Of a DNA stretch of 64,000 nucleotides, positions 11,741-25,859 are shown in pieces; positions within the stretch are counted from its first letter, which is position 1, and each line of letters starts with the position of its first letter. The position numbers and the translations under genes were made by a program. Under the pieces are notes generated by a model, which worked only from the letters and a program-made list of their open reading frames with translations, was not told the origin of the DNA and did not search any database. The DNA is taken from the NCBI RefSeq assembly GCF_006345805.1, contig NC_043004.1:99758001-99822000 (forward strand), read 5' to 3'. The stretch comes from Octopus sinensis. Lineage: Eukaryota.

Positions 11741-13245
11741 AGCAAGCGTAATCTTTCATCAACTGAATATTCTTTGTAATAAGCATGAAGGAATAGCAGA
11801 AAGCTTTGAAAATTCTTTGTCTTTGAGATATAATGCAGACAATCGTCGTGAAAATCTATACTATTGATTTTCTGCGGGGCTAAAATCAGGAAAAATCACG
11901 ATCTGTCAGAAATCTATTTCTTGTGAAATTCTAAATCAACATAAAAGAAGGAAATATGTTTTTTTTTTTTTAGAAAACATTGTATATATAGAGTGCGCCA
12001 AGAGAAGCAACACCCAAAAATCTTTAATACTTCATTAAATTTGACCCATGTCCAATTTTTTCCTGTAATTTCACGTTTCATTCACTTCTTTTTCCCCTTC
12101 TAAGCATAACATTGATCTTAAATTTCACGCTATGTGGCTCCATTTTTAACATATTTAGCATTGCTATATATCTATTTATGTAGAGAAATGACAGGTGGCA
12201 AAAGGATAAAGATTATAGCGCGGCAGAGTTGGTAAGATCGCTAGACGAATTTCTATAAGGTACTTTCTATAAGTTACTTTCTATAAGTTACTAAATGTTG
12301 ATCTGGTAGAAGAAAATATTGCCTTATTTATCCCTGGCTTTGAATATAAAACTATATTTTCTGAAATTGACCTTGAATTAGCGGCCCTATGATCAAAGAT
12401 TTTCGTGTGATGATCATTCTCTGAAACTACTCTTAGGCTGTCTGAAAATTATTTCTTGTCTCCTATATTTGTTACATACATGTGAATCTTGCGAGGGTGC
12501 GCAGAAATCACTTTACTCAACTTCATATTAAACTCGAAAGTTAAATCTGACTTACAATGGAAGACTTTAGCCTATATTCCACAGAGATGTTAGAACTAGC
12601 AATGTACTAAAGAAAAGAAGTAATTATCAATACTGATCATACTGACCTACGATCAAATTATTTGTAAGCCGCGATGAACGTGCAATTGTCTATCAAGATA
12701 GATTTAGGATTATTTCATGAAACTTGTTCTTCATCCTTCAAGACAGTAGATATGAGAGAGATTTGGCTGACTTTCCAAGCAAGTTACATAACCGCAAATA
12801 GGTGACAGGCCAGAAAATTTGAATGTTCTTCGTGAGATGTTTTGTACCTCGGATATGTCATTGTGGTAGGAAATGTCATAGATACGATAAATAGCGTTTT
12901 TAACGTTCACCATTCTAAACATGTTACTTTTTTGATTTAGTGCAGGGGTGGTGGATGGAATTTACATTCAGCCCATATGTGGTGTATGTTGCTAAGACAT
13001 ATAGGTGGGTATGTGAAGCACAGTATGGCAATCTGCATATTGAGTGCGTGGTATCTTAATCCGTATATGTGAATGATATAAAGTGTGAGATAATCGAGAT
13101 ATGTTACGAGAACTATAGTCTTGTAACAAACTTATTTTGAATTTATACAGTCTTGCAGACATGACATATTACATTCTCTAAAGTATGAGAGTATCGTTAT
13201 AGTGCAAGGAATTTTATGACTCAGGAATGCCTATATATATATATA

Positions 13246-13280
<35 letters not shown>

Positions 13281-14237
13281 GAGAGAGGGAGAGAGAGGGG
13301 GAAAGAGGGAGAGAGAGAGAGAGATAGTCATACATTGCTGTAATTTGTGCAAACTACTTCAGGTGTGAACTCATGTCCTATATATTGATAACATATTCCA
13401 GTCTTCACATCCATTTCATATCTAACCAGCGTTTTCTCTGAATCGCTTATTTAGTGCAAATATGCGTATGTGTGTTTGTGTGAGAGATTTAATTTAATGA
13501 AAATTATTTTTAAAATTATTGAAGGAATTATTAAAATGTTGTTGATATCAAGTCAAATATCTTCAAACGTATTTCTATTAGAAACGTTGTATTTTATTTA
13601 TTTATTTTTTTTTGTAACTGTGACATCTTAATCCGGTCGTGAGTTCAAGTTAAAATGTTACCTTTGAAACGGAAGACAAAGTAATTGTCTGTATATGGTA
13701 TTAGAGGAACAAAGGCTGAAGAATTTTCAATTTGGTTTCAGAGTAAACAAACGTGAAGGCTTTGTTCTCCCATTGAGCAAATATAGGCATCCATCGTCGA
13801 CTCCATCACCGCAATGGTCATCAACATCATCATCATGATCATTTTCATCATCGTTGTTAGAATTGTACATGTATACGTGTGTTATTTGTGACTGCTGTAT
13901 AATAGTATGTGTATGGCGTATTTACGAATTTGGTGACTGTTCAATAAATATTTACATGCTCACTTTAATGTAGTTCTGTACATATTCAAGTGTGTGCGCA
14001 TGTTCCCCCCTTTTCGTTTGTACATGTGTTTGCATACGTGTGTGCTTAAGAACGTTTGCAATGTATACTGTTATGCATATGATTGTAGATATGTGTGCAA
14101 AATGTGCTTTTAATCATAGCTATAATGAAATTTAGAATTTTAAAATATGAAAATATGAAAATAGACGTGTCTGTGTGAATTTTAATGCGTTTTTCAACAT
14201 ATGAGTGTTTAGATTTTGTTTGAGTTGATATGCATGC

Positions 14238-14289
<52 letters not shown>

Positions 14290-14767
14290 CGATGTATTTA
14301 TAAATGTCTGTTTAAGTGTTAGTATATTGAATTAAGTATTTTTTATATATAAATAAGATGTAGATATTATATATTAACTTCTTACAAAACTATCATTTTC
14401 CTTGGAAATTAAGAGTACGGAATAGCGTGGGTATATGTGTAATCATATATGTGTGTACATAGGAATGAATTTTCTGTACCTATATATGTAAACGTGTGTG
14501 ATGGTGTGATATTATTTACGATGAGTGAGCACATATGAAAAATTATTTTGTACATAGTAGTATGTATGTATTTTAAGCTCATTGACATACATAAAAGTAG
14601 ATTCTCTTCAATTTCGCAATAAAAATATATCTAGCGCTCTTACAATTCTCTCTGCAACAAAAACTTTTAAAAAATACCCCTTCATGTGTACAACATATGT
14701 GCTTATTATACATGTATGTTACCGTGTGGTCTCGTGTACGTGCGTTATGCTAATATATACGCATATT

Positions 14768-14814
<47 letters not shown>

Positions 14815-14894
14815 TTATATATATATACAGACTTGCAATTATGATGTTATTATGAAACTTATGTATATATGCGTGTATGCGTGTGCGCTCATAT

Positions 14895-14928
<34 letters not shown>

Positions 14929-15034
14929 ACATATATATATACATATATATACATACATATATATACATATATATATGCTTATTGACTTTTCAACTGTAAA
15001 GATATAACTATACATACATACACACACTACATAC

Positions 15035-15091
<57 letters not shown>

Positions 15092-15479
15092 ATATACATG
15101 TACATATATATATATACATATATGTGTGGGTTTGTTTGTGAGTGTTTGTGTAATGAAATCACTTGTTGATTGCTTTCAAACATAATTGTGTCTTTTTGTT
15201 ATCAATTAGTTTTACACTCCAGTTGTTAACCAAGCACCAATTTCTTATGATGGTGGCAGTTATCTTTTAGCATTAAGCAAAGACACTTCTCTCTTACCTA
15301 ATATCTTTCCCAAGCTCATTAGAATTTAAAAGAAAAAATAATTTTCAAAACCAAAATCAAAACATAAGCATAGGAAATAAAAAAAAACATAAAACAAAAA
15401 CGGAAAACAAAAGTTAATTTAATTGAATTAGAAAAATATCGTTTCTCTTTGTTATATTTATAATTTATTTATTTCATGT

Positions 15480-15720
15480 TCATGTGTTTTATTGTTATCG
15501 TCATTTATTGTCTTGCTGCTGCCGCTACTACTGCTGCTACTGTTGTTTGTGTGTTGATGTTTACTTGTTATTCTATTTGGTGTTCATATCTTCACTGTAG
15601 TCTTCTTCTTCTTCTTCTTCTCCTTCTTCTTCTTCTTCTTCTTCTTCTTCTTCTTCTTCTTCTTCTTCTTCTTCTTCTTCTTCTTCTTCTTCTGTTCTAT
15701 TATTGTTATTATTATTATTA

Positions 15721-15754
<34 letters not shown>

Positions 15755-16718
15755 TTATTATTATTATTATCATTATTATTATTAATATTATTATTATTAT
15801 TATTATTATTATGATTATTGGTGCTGTTGTTGTTGTTGTCATTCTTATTGTCGTTGCTGTTAGTATTACCATGAGTGCTATTTATTATTAATTATATCAT
15901 CATCATCGTCGTCGTCGTCGTCGTCATAATCATGATGATAATGATGAGCATCATCACCATCACCATCATCATCACCGTTTTCTAAATATTTACTTAATGT
16001 TCATTGCCGCTGATTGTTAGTTTCTTTCTTTCTTTTTTGTTTGTTTTCTTTAGCTGCCATTCTTGTTGGTATTGCTGTTGCTTCCATTTTTATCATAATC
16101 GTCGCCATCATCATCATCATCACCACGACCACCACGACCACCATTATCATCATCATCATCATCATCATCGTCATCACCGACGTCGACAGCATCGTAATCG
16201 TTTGCAGTAGCCGTGTATGATGGTGCGGCGGAAGATCACAGTTTATTTCATTAAATATGTTAAGAGTTTAATTTAGAGTGTTTTATCGCTTATGTGTTGT
16301 TATTATCGAGTGGTTATTTGATTTTTTATTTTCTTGATTATTTCGTTTTCTTCAGACTTTTCATAAGTTTTTAGCGTAGGAGTAAATATATATATATAAA
16401 TGTGTGTGTGTGTATGTGTTTGTGTGTGTGTGTATGTGTTTTTTTTGTGTGTGTGTGTGTGTGTGTATGAATAAATAAAGCAATTAACTTATTTCTAGAC
16501 ATCATTTCTACATTGTTTGTTTCCTTTGCGTTTCTTGTTTTTATTCTTTCTTTGCTTTTTTGCTTTTTTTTTCTTCAAAATACTTCAAAATATTTCTGCA
16601 GCGTCGTAATAATCTCCTGTTCTCCTCCTCCGCATCCTCAACGTCATCATTGTCATCAACATCATCATCATCATCATCATAATCATCATCGTCGTTGTCA
16701 TCATCCTCACCATCGTCG

Positions 16719-16778
<60 letters not shown>

Positions 16779-16830
16779 CCGTCATCATTTTAACTGCCAT
16801 CCTCTTTGTCATCATCGTCATCATTACTAA
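15480..16830. repeat. Trinucleotide microsatellite block: (CTT)n, (ATT)n, (CAT)n
   Basis: (CTT)n about 15600-15690, (ATT)n about 15700-15815, (CAT)n about 15895-16190 and 16640-16830. Confidence 0.95.
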
Positions 16831-17157
16831 AAGTGTCATCATCGACGATGTATCAGAATGGGGTTTTTTCCCTTCATTCCGTCATTAGTATGTTTATATT
16901 TTTTTTTGTTTTCATATTTTTTTCCTTGTAAGAAAAAAATTATCCCATTTTATTTATGTTCTTTCAAATAAATATTTACGTTTATAAGTTGTTTTTCAAT
17001 TATAGTCATTTCATCATAAAGTTTTCCCATTCAAGTTCTTGTACATATACACACATCGATTAATTCTTAGATACACTTAGGCACATATGCACACTCACTT
17101 ACATATCTGCATTTATGAATGAACTTGCACAGACGCATACGTAATGGTGCATACACA

Positions 17158-17200
<43 letters not shown>

Positions 17201-17420
17201 GTCTGTGTGTAAATACACACATGCAGATAAATAATGAAAACAAATTTAAATGCATTGTAAACAGGTTGATACATACAAACACTGACATACACGCACACAC
17301 TCACAAAAAGCAATCATCGCAGGCATATTATAAACATATTGTTTTTTTTTTCTAAGCAAAAGTGTTTTGACTCATTAATGAAGATTTCTAGTAGAGTTTT
17401 CTGAAGATTTTCAAAAGCAA

Positions 17421-17493
<73 letters not shown>

Positions 17494-17505
17494 CAGATAG
17501 ATAGA
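17421..17505. repeat. (GATA)n microsatellite
   Basis: Direct reading. Similar tracts at about 39550-39842, 42128-42352 and 50495-50735. Confidence 0.95.
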
Positions 17506-17591
17506 GATGTACCTATATGCACATATATATATATATATGTATACATATATATGTGTATGTATGTATATATGTGCATATATATGTATACATG

Positions 17592-17626
<35 letters not shown>

Positions 17627-17689
17627 ATACATGTGTGTATACATATATATGTGTATGTATGTATATATGTGCATATATATGTATACATG

Positions 17690-17750
<61 letters not shown>

Positions 17751-18984
17751 TATGTGACTAAAAGACTATTTAATTTGCATAAAGTTCAAACAAATCACAT
17801 GGTGACAGAAAAGATGTATTAGATGTGTGCTTAGTTCCAGGTTTGTGCTGTTATTTAATGTGTGAATTTAAATGAATCTAAGAAATCGATGAACTTCTAT
17901 TAACTTTATCATAAGAAAATGAATGTTATCGCAGAATAGAAAAGATATGTGAGATATTGTCTATATACATAGGATGTATGGTGAGAGAATCTGAAGTAAA
18001 TAGAAAGAATATGAGTTGTATATGACCATACAGATGTACAAGAATTCGTTTGCAGAATGAAACTCTATCTGATAAATTAAATATCGGAACTTGGTTTGGA
18101 AATGAAATATCGAAGCCAACATAGGCAACGCATAATTATAAAAGATTTGTAATTATATACTATTGATGCTCGCGGTTTTCCGCGTGGTAGAGCAGGATAT
18201 GATAAAATGTAGGTTGAACCAAGCAACACGATTGGCAGCTTGTTTCATTCTGTTCCTAAAATATCAGTCCTATCTTTTGGGGAGTGAACAGGATGAGGTC
18301 TCAGTTATCAGAGGGTGGCAATGTTACATAAATGTGTTTAGTAACCAGAAGTTTTGGGAAGAGTTTCAATTGGTTTACCATCATTTTGTAGAGTGTTAGA
18401 ATGTTCTCAAGTGGCGAGATCTCGTGAGTTGTTTAAATTATACGTTGAGTAAATAGATAAGGTTTCACACAAGCAAGCTATGAAAATAAAAGCTTATACT
18501 CATACAACCAATTATGTATCTTCAAATTTCAGTGGAAACTACAGATTTTGCTTTCAGGTTTTAATTGGCTGATATATTCTTCGCAGAAACAATGTCGTCT
18601 GGCATTAACTTTCCCATGAATTTTACACTACTTTTATTTTGAACTATAGGATTAATAAGGTTATGAGGATTTTCTCCTTGCCTCTTCAAGGCAATTTTTT
18701 TTCTCCTAATTCACTACGCTCTCACTTTTCGAAAAAAAATTTATTCTCGTTTAATAGCAATCGCAGTTGCCCGTTCAGTGACAGTCACTTTACTTATATA
18801 TGGCTAGAATGGATATCTGATGGTAGGAAGTTAATTACACTGCCTCTTGATAATGAGTTAGATACTTTCCACACAGCAATTTGAATTAATCTCTTTCAAT
18901 ATTTGGTAGAAATAGATTGGGCGAAAAAATATCCTGTACGCACGCAAATGCATACATGTATATAGGTATCTTGTTTTATCTTAT

Positions 18985-19215
18985 ATTTGTTCCCAACATG
19001 CTGGGGCATGGCTTTTCAGACTACTTCGTCGAAGGAATCGACCCACTACTTTTCTAAGCCTGTTATTTATCATTGGTCTCTTTTGCCGAACTGTTAAATT
19101 ATGGTGATGTAAACACACCAACAGCGGTTATCAAGTGGTGGTGGTGGTCGTGGTGGAAAAACACAGTCATAAAGACACGTAGACATACATATAAATGTAT
19201 GTGTGTGTATGTAAG

Positions 19216-19248
<33 letters not shown>

Positions 19249-19480
19249 CTCTCTCTTTATATGTATATATATATATATAAATAGAAATGCACACACACAT
19301 ACATATATATATAAAAATATAGAATAGGGTGCTTTCAATTTCCATCCTCCACATCCACTCATAAGACTTTGGTTGGTCCGAGGCTATATCAAAGGACACT
19401 TGCCCAAGATGCGATGCAGTGGGACTGAAACCAGTACTATGTGCTTGAGAAGTATACTTTTCACCAAAGCTCACCGCCTT
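18985..19480 (-). mobile_element. SINE family A, near full length, with internal TA/TG microsatellite
   Basis: 3' half at about 18985-19170 and 5' half at about 19330-19480, same strand and correct order. Confidence 0.85.
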
Positions 19481-20209
19481 AAACATCATGATCAGGATGA
19501 GGAGGAAGGAGGCGGAATGATGAAGAGGGGAGAAGAGGAGGAGGAGGAGGAGGGGGGAGGAGGAGTATAAAACATGCAGCAAGAAAGGTTTAATTAAAAA
19601 AAGGTTAGCAAATATGAATACACGTTGATAAAGTGAGAGTGGTAGAAGAACGACTGAATTGCATAAACTCCAAGTAGAAGAAAGACATCAATTTGGAGAT
19701 GTATAGCACAAAATGGTGAAGCATATTAACGGAACGCGAAACCGTTCTAGACTGCGATGCGAAATGGTAGAGAAAATTGAATGTGAAGGCGTCTTCAGTT
19801 CTGATAAATGGAATTTGTTTCTCTTATTAGAGGAAGATTGTAATTTTGGTTCTGTTTATTCAAAGTACGTAGCAATAACTTTAAAGTTTCGCCTTCAAAT
19901 TTGTGCCATAAAATGTGACATCTGGAATCTGTTATATTCTGTTATTAACTCGCATGGGTTTTTTTGATTTTTGCAACACTATCACACATCGCGTTAGACA
20001 TATTACTACACTACAGCTCCTACGGAACCCGCTATAATAAAAGGGAGAGTAACGATAGGTTTGTTGCTATCTATAGTACTTGTGATGACAGTTAGATATT
20101 TCCTTAAAATATTGTGCACAGTGATAAGATATTTATAGAATATTCTTGCATTACTCATTATTTTGTGACATTAGAACAATTACCACAAATGCAAATACAG
20201 TAAGTTAGT

Positions 20210-20410
20210 GAGGTGACAGAATCGCTAGCAACGCGGTTTAAAAGCTTAGTTGCATTTTGTCCGTCCGTACGTCCTGCCGAGGTCAACTGTGCCTTTCATC
20301 ATTTCAGGATCGATAAAATAAGTACCATTTGAGCATTGGGGGTCGATTTAATCAACTAGCCCGCTCCCCCTGAAATTTCCGGCCTCCTCTCAAAATTTGA
20401 AGCCAATATA
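20210..20410 (+). mobile_element. SINE family B, diverged
   Basis: gccgaggtcaactgtgcctttcatcatttcaggatcgataaaataagtacc...ggggtcgatttaatcaact...aaatttgaagccaata. Confidence 0.8.
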
Positions 20411-20971
20411 AAATAATAAAATTTGGGTTATCAACAAACTAACACCGTTTGATTTTGATTAAATGCAGAAGGTTTTCATGTTGGTGTGTGTAATGTGGTC
20501 ATGTCACGTGTATCTACATGAATAGTGTGACAATGTGTTGTACATTGATTATAACTTGTAGAGACTATCATAGGAATATTTACAACGCGCCTTATTTTAT
20601 CATGCACGTTTAGATCCTTGGTAAGCTTCTCTTAAATTCACTGTTTCCCTGTTTTCAGAATACAGCTGTAGCTATTGTTCTGACACACAATGTTTTGATG
20701 AATTGACTCAGAGTTCATTGCGACTAATTTTCTCCGGTTTGTAATGTTCGGTGATAGGGTTTTATAAGTTTTTAGAAATTCATGAGTAAAGCCGAATCCT
20801 CCATAACCGAATCTGCAGGTAACCTACATGACGCATACAGTTAGAGCTTCGACACTTTACATCATTCACTAATATATTAAACCTTCAGCTTGTGGTATAT
20901 TAATTTTCACGTAGCTCCTCTAAATATCTCATTTTCTGTTGTGAGGGTTATTAATATTTAAACGATTCAGA

Positions 20972-21345
20972 AAGCGACGAGCTGGCAGAATCGACACTAC
21001 GCTGATTAAAAAAAAAATAAGCTTATAGCCGCAGTTCAAATTGCTCTCAGGTTGACTTTCATCTTTTCGGGATCGATAAAACAAGTACCAATTGAGCATT
21101 TGGGGTACTCTTTACAGAACTTGCTGGCCTTGTACCAAAATTTGAAACCAATACTTGTTATTCATAAAGTGGCAAGCTGGCAGAAATTTCAGCACGTTCT
21201 GAGTTCAAATTCCGCCGAAGCCGACTTTGCCTTTCATCCTTCCAAGGTCGATCAAATAAATACCAGCTGAGCACTGGGGTCCATGAAATCGACTTTACCT
21301 CTTCCGCGAAAAGGCTGGACTTGTACCTAAATTTGAAACCAATAT
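20972..21345 (+). mobile_element. Two adjacent SINE family B copies (about 20972-21150 and 21168-21345)
   Basis: Each begins gagctggcagaa or aagctggcagaa and ends ggcc/acttgtacc..aaatttgaaaccaata. Confidence 0.8.
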
Positions 21346-22802
21346 TTATATGATTCATAATCATTGTAGTTTCGTACTTTTGCTGCTGGTGGTACGTTTT
21401 CATTACTATATTTTTAATACTTGATGTGGCTGTAAAAGAGGGCTTTTGTATATTGTTTATATTAGTAACGGATGAGAGTGATATGTAGATACATTTGAAA
21501 GAACACCTAAGAAAATTTATTTTAAATACGACGCTTCAAATTTTTAGTTCAATTTACGCTTTAGTTGAATTCTGCCTTCCATCTTTTCGGAGCTGATTAA
21601 CTGAAGTAGAAGATAAGCGATAGGAGCCGGTGTATTCTTCTATATAGTTAAAACGGCACTTACTAAAAAGGTTTTATATAATACAACTATATGAAACATA
21701 GTATGCAAGATATATTGCACCGGTAACGTAAAAGACAAATGTATTAATATTATTCTGGTAGCTATAACAGTTACTCTCACGGCATAAATGTAATACGCAA
21801 TTGCGACTGTGATGTCTTACTTATATGATTCTCTGATGTACTTCTCTTTCATTTATGATTATATGGTGTTGCATTAATGACTATTCAGGGATGTATTATA
21901 TAAGCGTACTTGTATGTATAAGTGGTAAGTTTACAAGACTACATAACTAAATGTATTTAACAGCGGTAAGGCAAGGACAATGAATAAAATAACAGACAAC
22001 CAGACGATTGACAGTCGTTTCATATATCAATGACAGTACGTTGTAGTGATAATGATGTAGTAATGTTGTAGTAATAAAGATCTCTTAAAGAGCAAGACAT
22101 TATAAAAACGTAAATAAGCCACGCGGAGTAGAATACATGGCCACATGCATAGCTTTGTTGTTAACAAGTCCACTTACAAACTGCTTAGTTCTACACGGTT
22201 CGATCCAGTTGCACAACAACGTCAGTTAAGTGTCTTCTGCAAGAGGCTCTGACCAGTCGGATGCTGGTGAGTAGATTTTGGTACTCTGAATATATGTGAG
22301 AACATATTTGAGATACAGTTCTTGATTTCAGGTAGTACAGTTATTCAGTTATTTCGTTTTATACCACTAACTAGTCTCTGACTGTTCTTAGTCCACTCTC
22401 CAATCATTTGATCCAAGTTCCTGTTCTGAGGACTCCAAAATAATTCTTCTTTGATGAAGCAATTATTTCTACCCAAAAGTAATTTTTAAAGTACTAACTC
22501 GAAAACATCAGCAGTATTATAAAACTGACCGTTTTTCTTAGCTTTTTCTGTCTTGTGTTATGCTGAAATTTTCCTCTACACATAGAGAAGGCAAGGATGG
22601 ACCTGCCCTTTCGATTTGCCAAACACTCAAAACGTATAATTAAAACGGAATCTTTTTCTGTGTGCCAGCGTAATAACAAGTAATGAGACGTTAAACAAAA
22701 ACCGTTCATAGCCAAAATAATTTCAAAAAGAAAAGTACAAACACGATATAAGTACGACCAATATAAACGTTGTTTGCTTTAGTAGTACGGTTGAGTAAAA
22801 CC

Positions 22803-23189
22803 CGGAGGCGCAATGGCCCAGGGGTTAGGGCAGCAGACTCGGAGTCATAGGACCGCGGTTTCGATTCCCAGACCGGGCGTTGTGAGTGTTTATTGAGCGA
22901 AAACACCTAAAGCTCCACGAGGCTCCGGTAGGGATGGTGGTGATCCCTGCTGTACTCTTTCACCACAACTTTCTCTCACTCTTACTTCCTGTTTCTGTTG
23001 TACCTGTATTTCAAAGGGCCGGCCTTGTCACTCTCTGTGTCACGCTGAATATCCCCGAGAACTACGTTAAGGGTACACGTGTCTGTGAAGTGCTCAGCCA
23101 CTTACACGTTAATTTCACGAGCAGGCTGTTCCGTTGATTCGGATCAACCGGAACCCTCATCGTCGTAACCGATGGAGTGCTTCCATCCA
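22803..23189 (+). mobile_element. SINE family C (tRNA-derived), full length with 11-bp TSD
   Basis: A-box TGGCCCAGGGG and B-box-like GGTTTCGATTCCC; 3' hairpin GTTGAT-TCGG-ATCAAC; TSD tgagtaaaacc at 22792-22802 and 23190-23200. Confidence 0.92.
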
Positions 23190-23821
23190 TGAGTAAAACC
23201 AATAATGAGAAGTTGGAATTAGTAGTGATGAAGAAATAATAAATAAACTATTTTTGATAGATACTGTTATAATGTATTACTATTGGTAATTTCTTGTCTA
23301 GGAAACCTTATCGATGGATTCTCTCTTTTCTTTACTGCATCAAAGAAAACCAATAAATACTCGCGGGTAAAATGAATATTTAGTTTCCATACTAAGTTTG
23401 ATATAATGAGAATATTTTAAAACTTCCTTAAACACTAACCATTAGCAGATATGAATTCCCACGAGTAAGAGATGGTGTATTTCACATATTGTTAAATATG
23501 TTCTCTTCTCAGTGTCGCTTTCTCGCTCGGGAGAAAAAAAACCGACGAAGAATACAGATACCAAACTGGACGCTGGTATGACTATTCTGAGACTTAGTAA
23601 TCAAATAACTGTTTGAAATGGATTCATGATTAAATGCGAGAAACATTCGCTTAAAACGCAATTCATTTGAATTACTTAGGGAAATTCATAAAATCAGAAT
23701 TATAGAAATCTGAATTAATCACACTGTTAATTAAGAATATGTATGCATGCATGCATGAATGTATGTATGTATACATGTATGTATATATACGTATATATGT
23801 ACGTATATATATATATGTATG

Positions 23822-23852
<31 letters not shown>

Positions 23853-23857
23853 ATATA

Positions 23858-23906
<49 letters not shown>

Positions 23907-24049
23907 GGTGTGGGTGTATATGCATATACGTCACTAAAGTGACAAAGGGCATTATCCAGCACTTTTATTGCTAGAAATAAAAATCAAAATAACTCAGTAG
24001 TCTCAGAAGAATTACCTTAATAACTGACAAGGGAGACAAGCTCCCTACC

Positions 24050-24772
24050 GCCGCAGATACAACAGTGAATTGACTACAGTCCCTACTTGCAAGTACAACA
24101 GACCATTGATTACAATCCCAGAATTCCATGAGGTCAATTGCAAAAGATCTCCATATGTCAGAAAGAACAGTTAGAAATGTTGTCCTCGAAGACATCAGAT
24201 ATAAGTCCTTATATGATGAGGAAAGGTCAATTTGTCAGGAAAAGCAAAAGAAAATCACTGCATCAGATCTAAAAGGCTCTTAAACAAACTGACAAATCTA
24301 GCAGAAGATTTGATATGGTTTTTCTCAATCGAGAAAAAAACTTCGACGAAGATCAAACAGTTAACAGATGAAATGACAGATGGTTCTGAAGTTCCAAATT
24401 TTAGGCATACAAAATTTCCTGCAACTGTCTTGGTTTTAGCAGTTGTCAGCAATGAAGGACTTGTAATACCTCCTTACTTCTTTCCATAAAGCCTTACAGT
24501 TAACTCTGCCGCCTACTTTGAGGTCCTGGTATAATTCTTAAGCCCTGGATAGACATGCAATGAAAGGACATATGTCTTTCAGTAAGACTTTGCACTATCA
24601 CACATGTCTCTAGTAGCACAGGAATGGATGGTTAAAAATTTTGATGATCACATAACCCCTAGCATTTGGCCTTCTAATTCCCCAGATCTCCATCCATTGG
24701 TCTATTACATTTGGAGCGTTGTAGAGAGAGCGGTTACGCCCATAACGCCAAAGATTCTTTGATATCGGCCAT
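24050..24772 (+). mobile_element. maT/DD37D-type (Tc1/mariner superfamily) transposase pseudogene
   Basis: SMRSIAKDLHMSERTVRNVV (HTH), LIWFFS(D)EK, HTKFPATVLVLAVVSNEG and YVFQ*DFALSH...WPSNSPDLHPLVYYIWSVVE. There are 37 residues between the second D and the third-D position (now GTC, Val). Confidence 0.88.
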
Positions 24773-25859
24773 ATATATATATATAACGAGAGAGAGAGAG
24801 AGAGAAAGTCGCACTTATATATATAAAACGTGTCTAGAAATTATCTTCACAACTTCTGCTATTTACTGTCTAGAAGTGCAAACAACTGAGCCAGGTAGAA
24901 GTGTTCTGATATTCCTGATAAAACATTATTTGTTTACCTATGTTGTCCACAGAACTCTACTGAATTATCTTTACACAAAACCACTAGCACACTCCGAACA
25001 CCCATGACAGGTAACCAAAAATGAGCTACTCTACATCATTAATTGTTATCGATTCACAAGTTTTACATACGCGTATTCTTTCCCTAAAGTGATGTCCTAA
25101 CAAAGACTACGTGTCACTCGATCCTACAAACCTGGTACGCCATACCTACATATTCGTCTTCATGGTTCTCTCCTGACTGATTTCGATCTAACTGTCCTTC
25201 ATTGAAAATGAGATAATCTTTCTGTATCACTGTTGTACTGGATTACATTGTTACAAGTAGCACTCACAAGTAATCTGACATATATATATATACATATGCA
25301 TACATACCTCCTTACTCCTTTCTGCGTCAAAGCAACCAGTTTATCGATGAATACTGCAGGAAATATCATGAGGAATAGCAGGTCCAAGTTTGTGTACTTG
25401 ATTGCCAGTGACTTGAATTCGTTCATCTGCCCTTTGACTGGCATTGATTTTCGTCTTGCGAAGTTTCCATCTCCCTACTCTCTATGCAAACTTAGGGGGA
25501 TTGCCAGCTTAGTGGCTGCTCACCCAAACATGCAGCAGATTTTACTGAATTATACGTGATAAGTGGCACTCACAAATGACCAGACATATATGTATGCATA
25601 TATACTTAACTACCTACCTATAAAGATACATACATGCATATATACATACATACAAAGCACACATACGTAAGTACATACATATATATATATATACATACAT
25701 ACAAACGTACATACCTACATACAAACATACATATATGATTACATACATATAGTCATTCATAACACATACAGACATCATCCATCCATCCATCCATCCATCC
25801 ATACATACATACACACATACATACATGCATACATACATACATACATACATACATAAAGA

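Noticed and set aside
12250-12291. 14-bp unit repeated three times (tttctataagktac)
   Set aside because: Ordinary local slippage repeat inside a decayed SINE-like segment.
12731-12922. Non-repetitive 63-aa ORF (similarly 18163-18399, 19713-19967, 49612-49875)
   Set aside because: No recognisable motif or supported splice structure; lengths are expected by chance.
22804-22878. tRNA-like sequence (also at about 28870-28945 and in SINE-A/B heads)
   Set aside because: It is the head of a TSD-flanked SINE and runs into SINE body; no proper cloverleaf.
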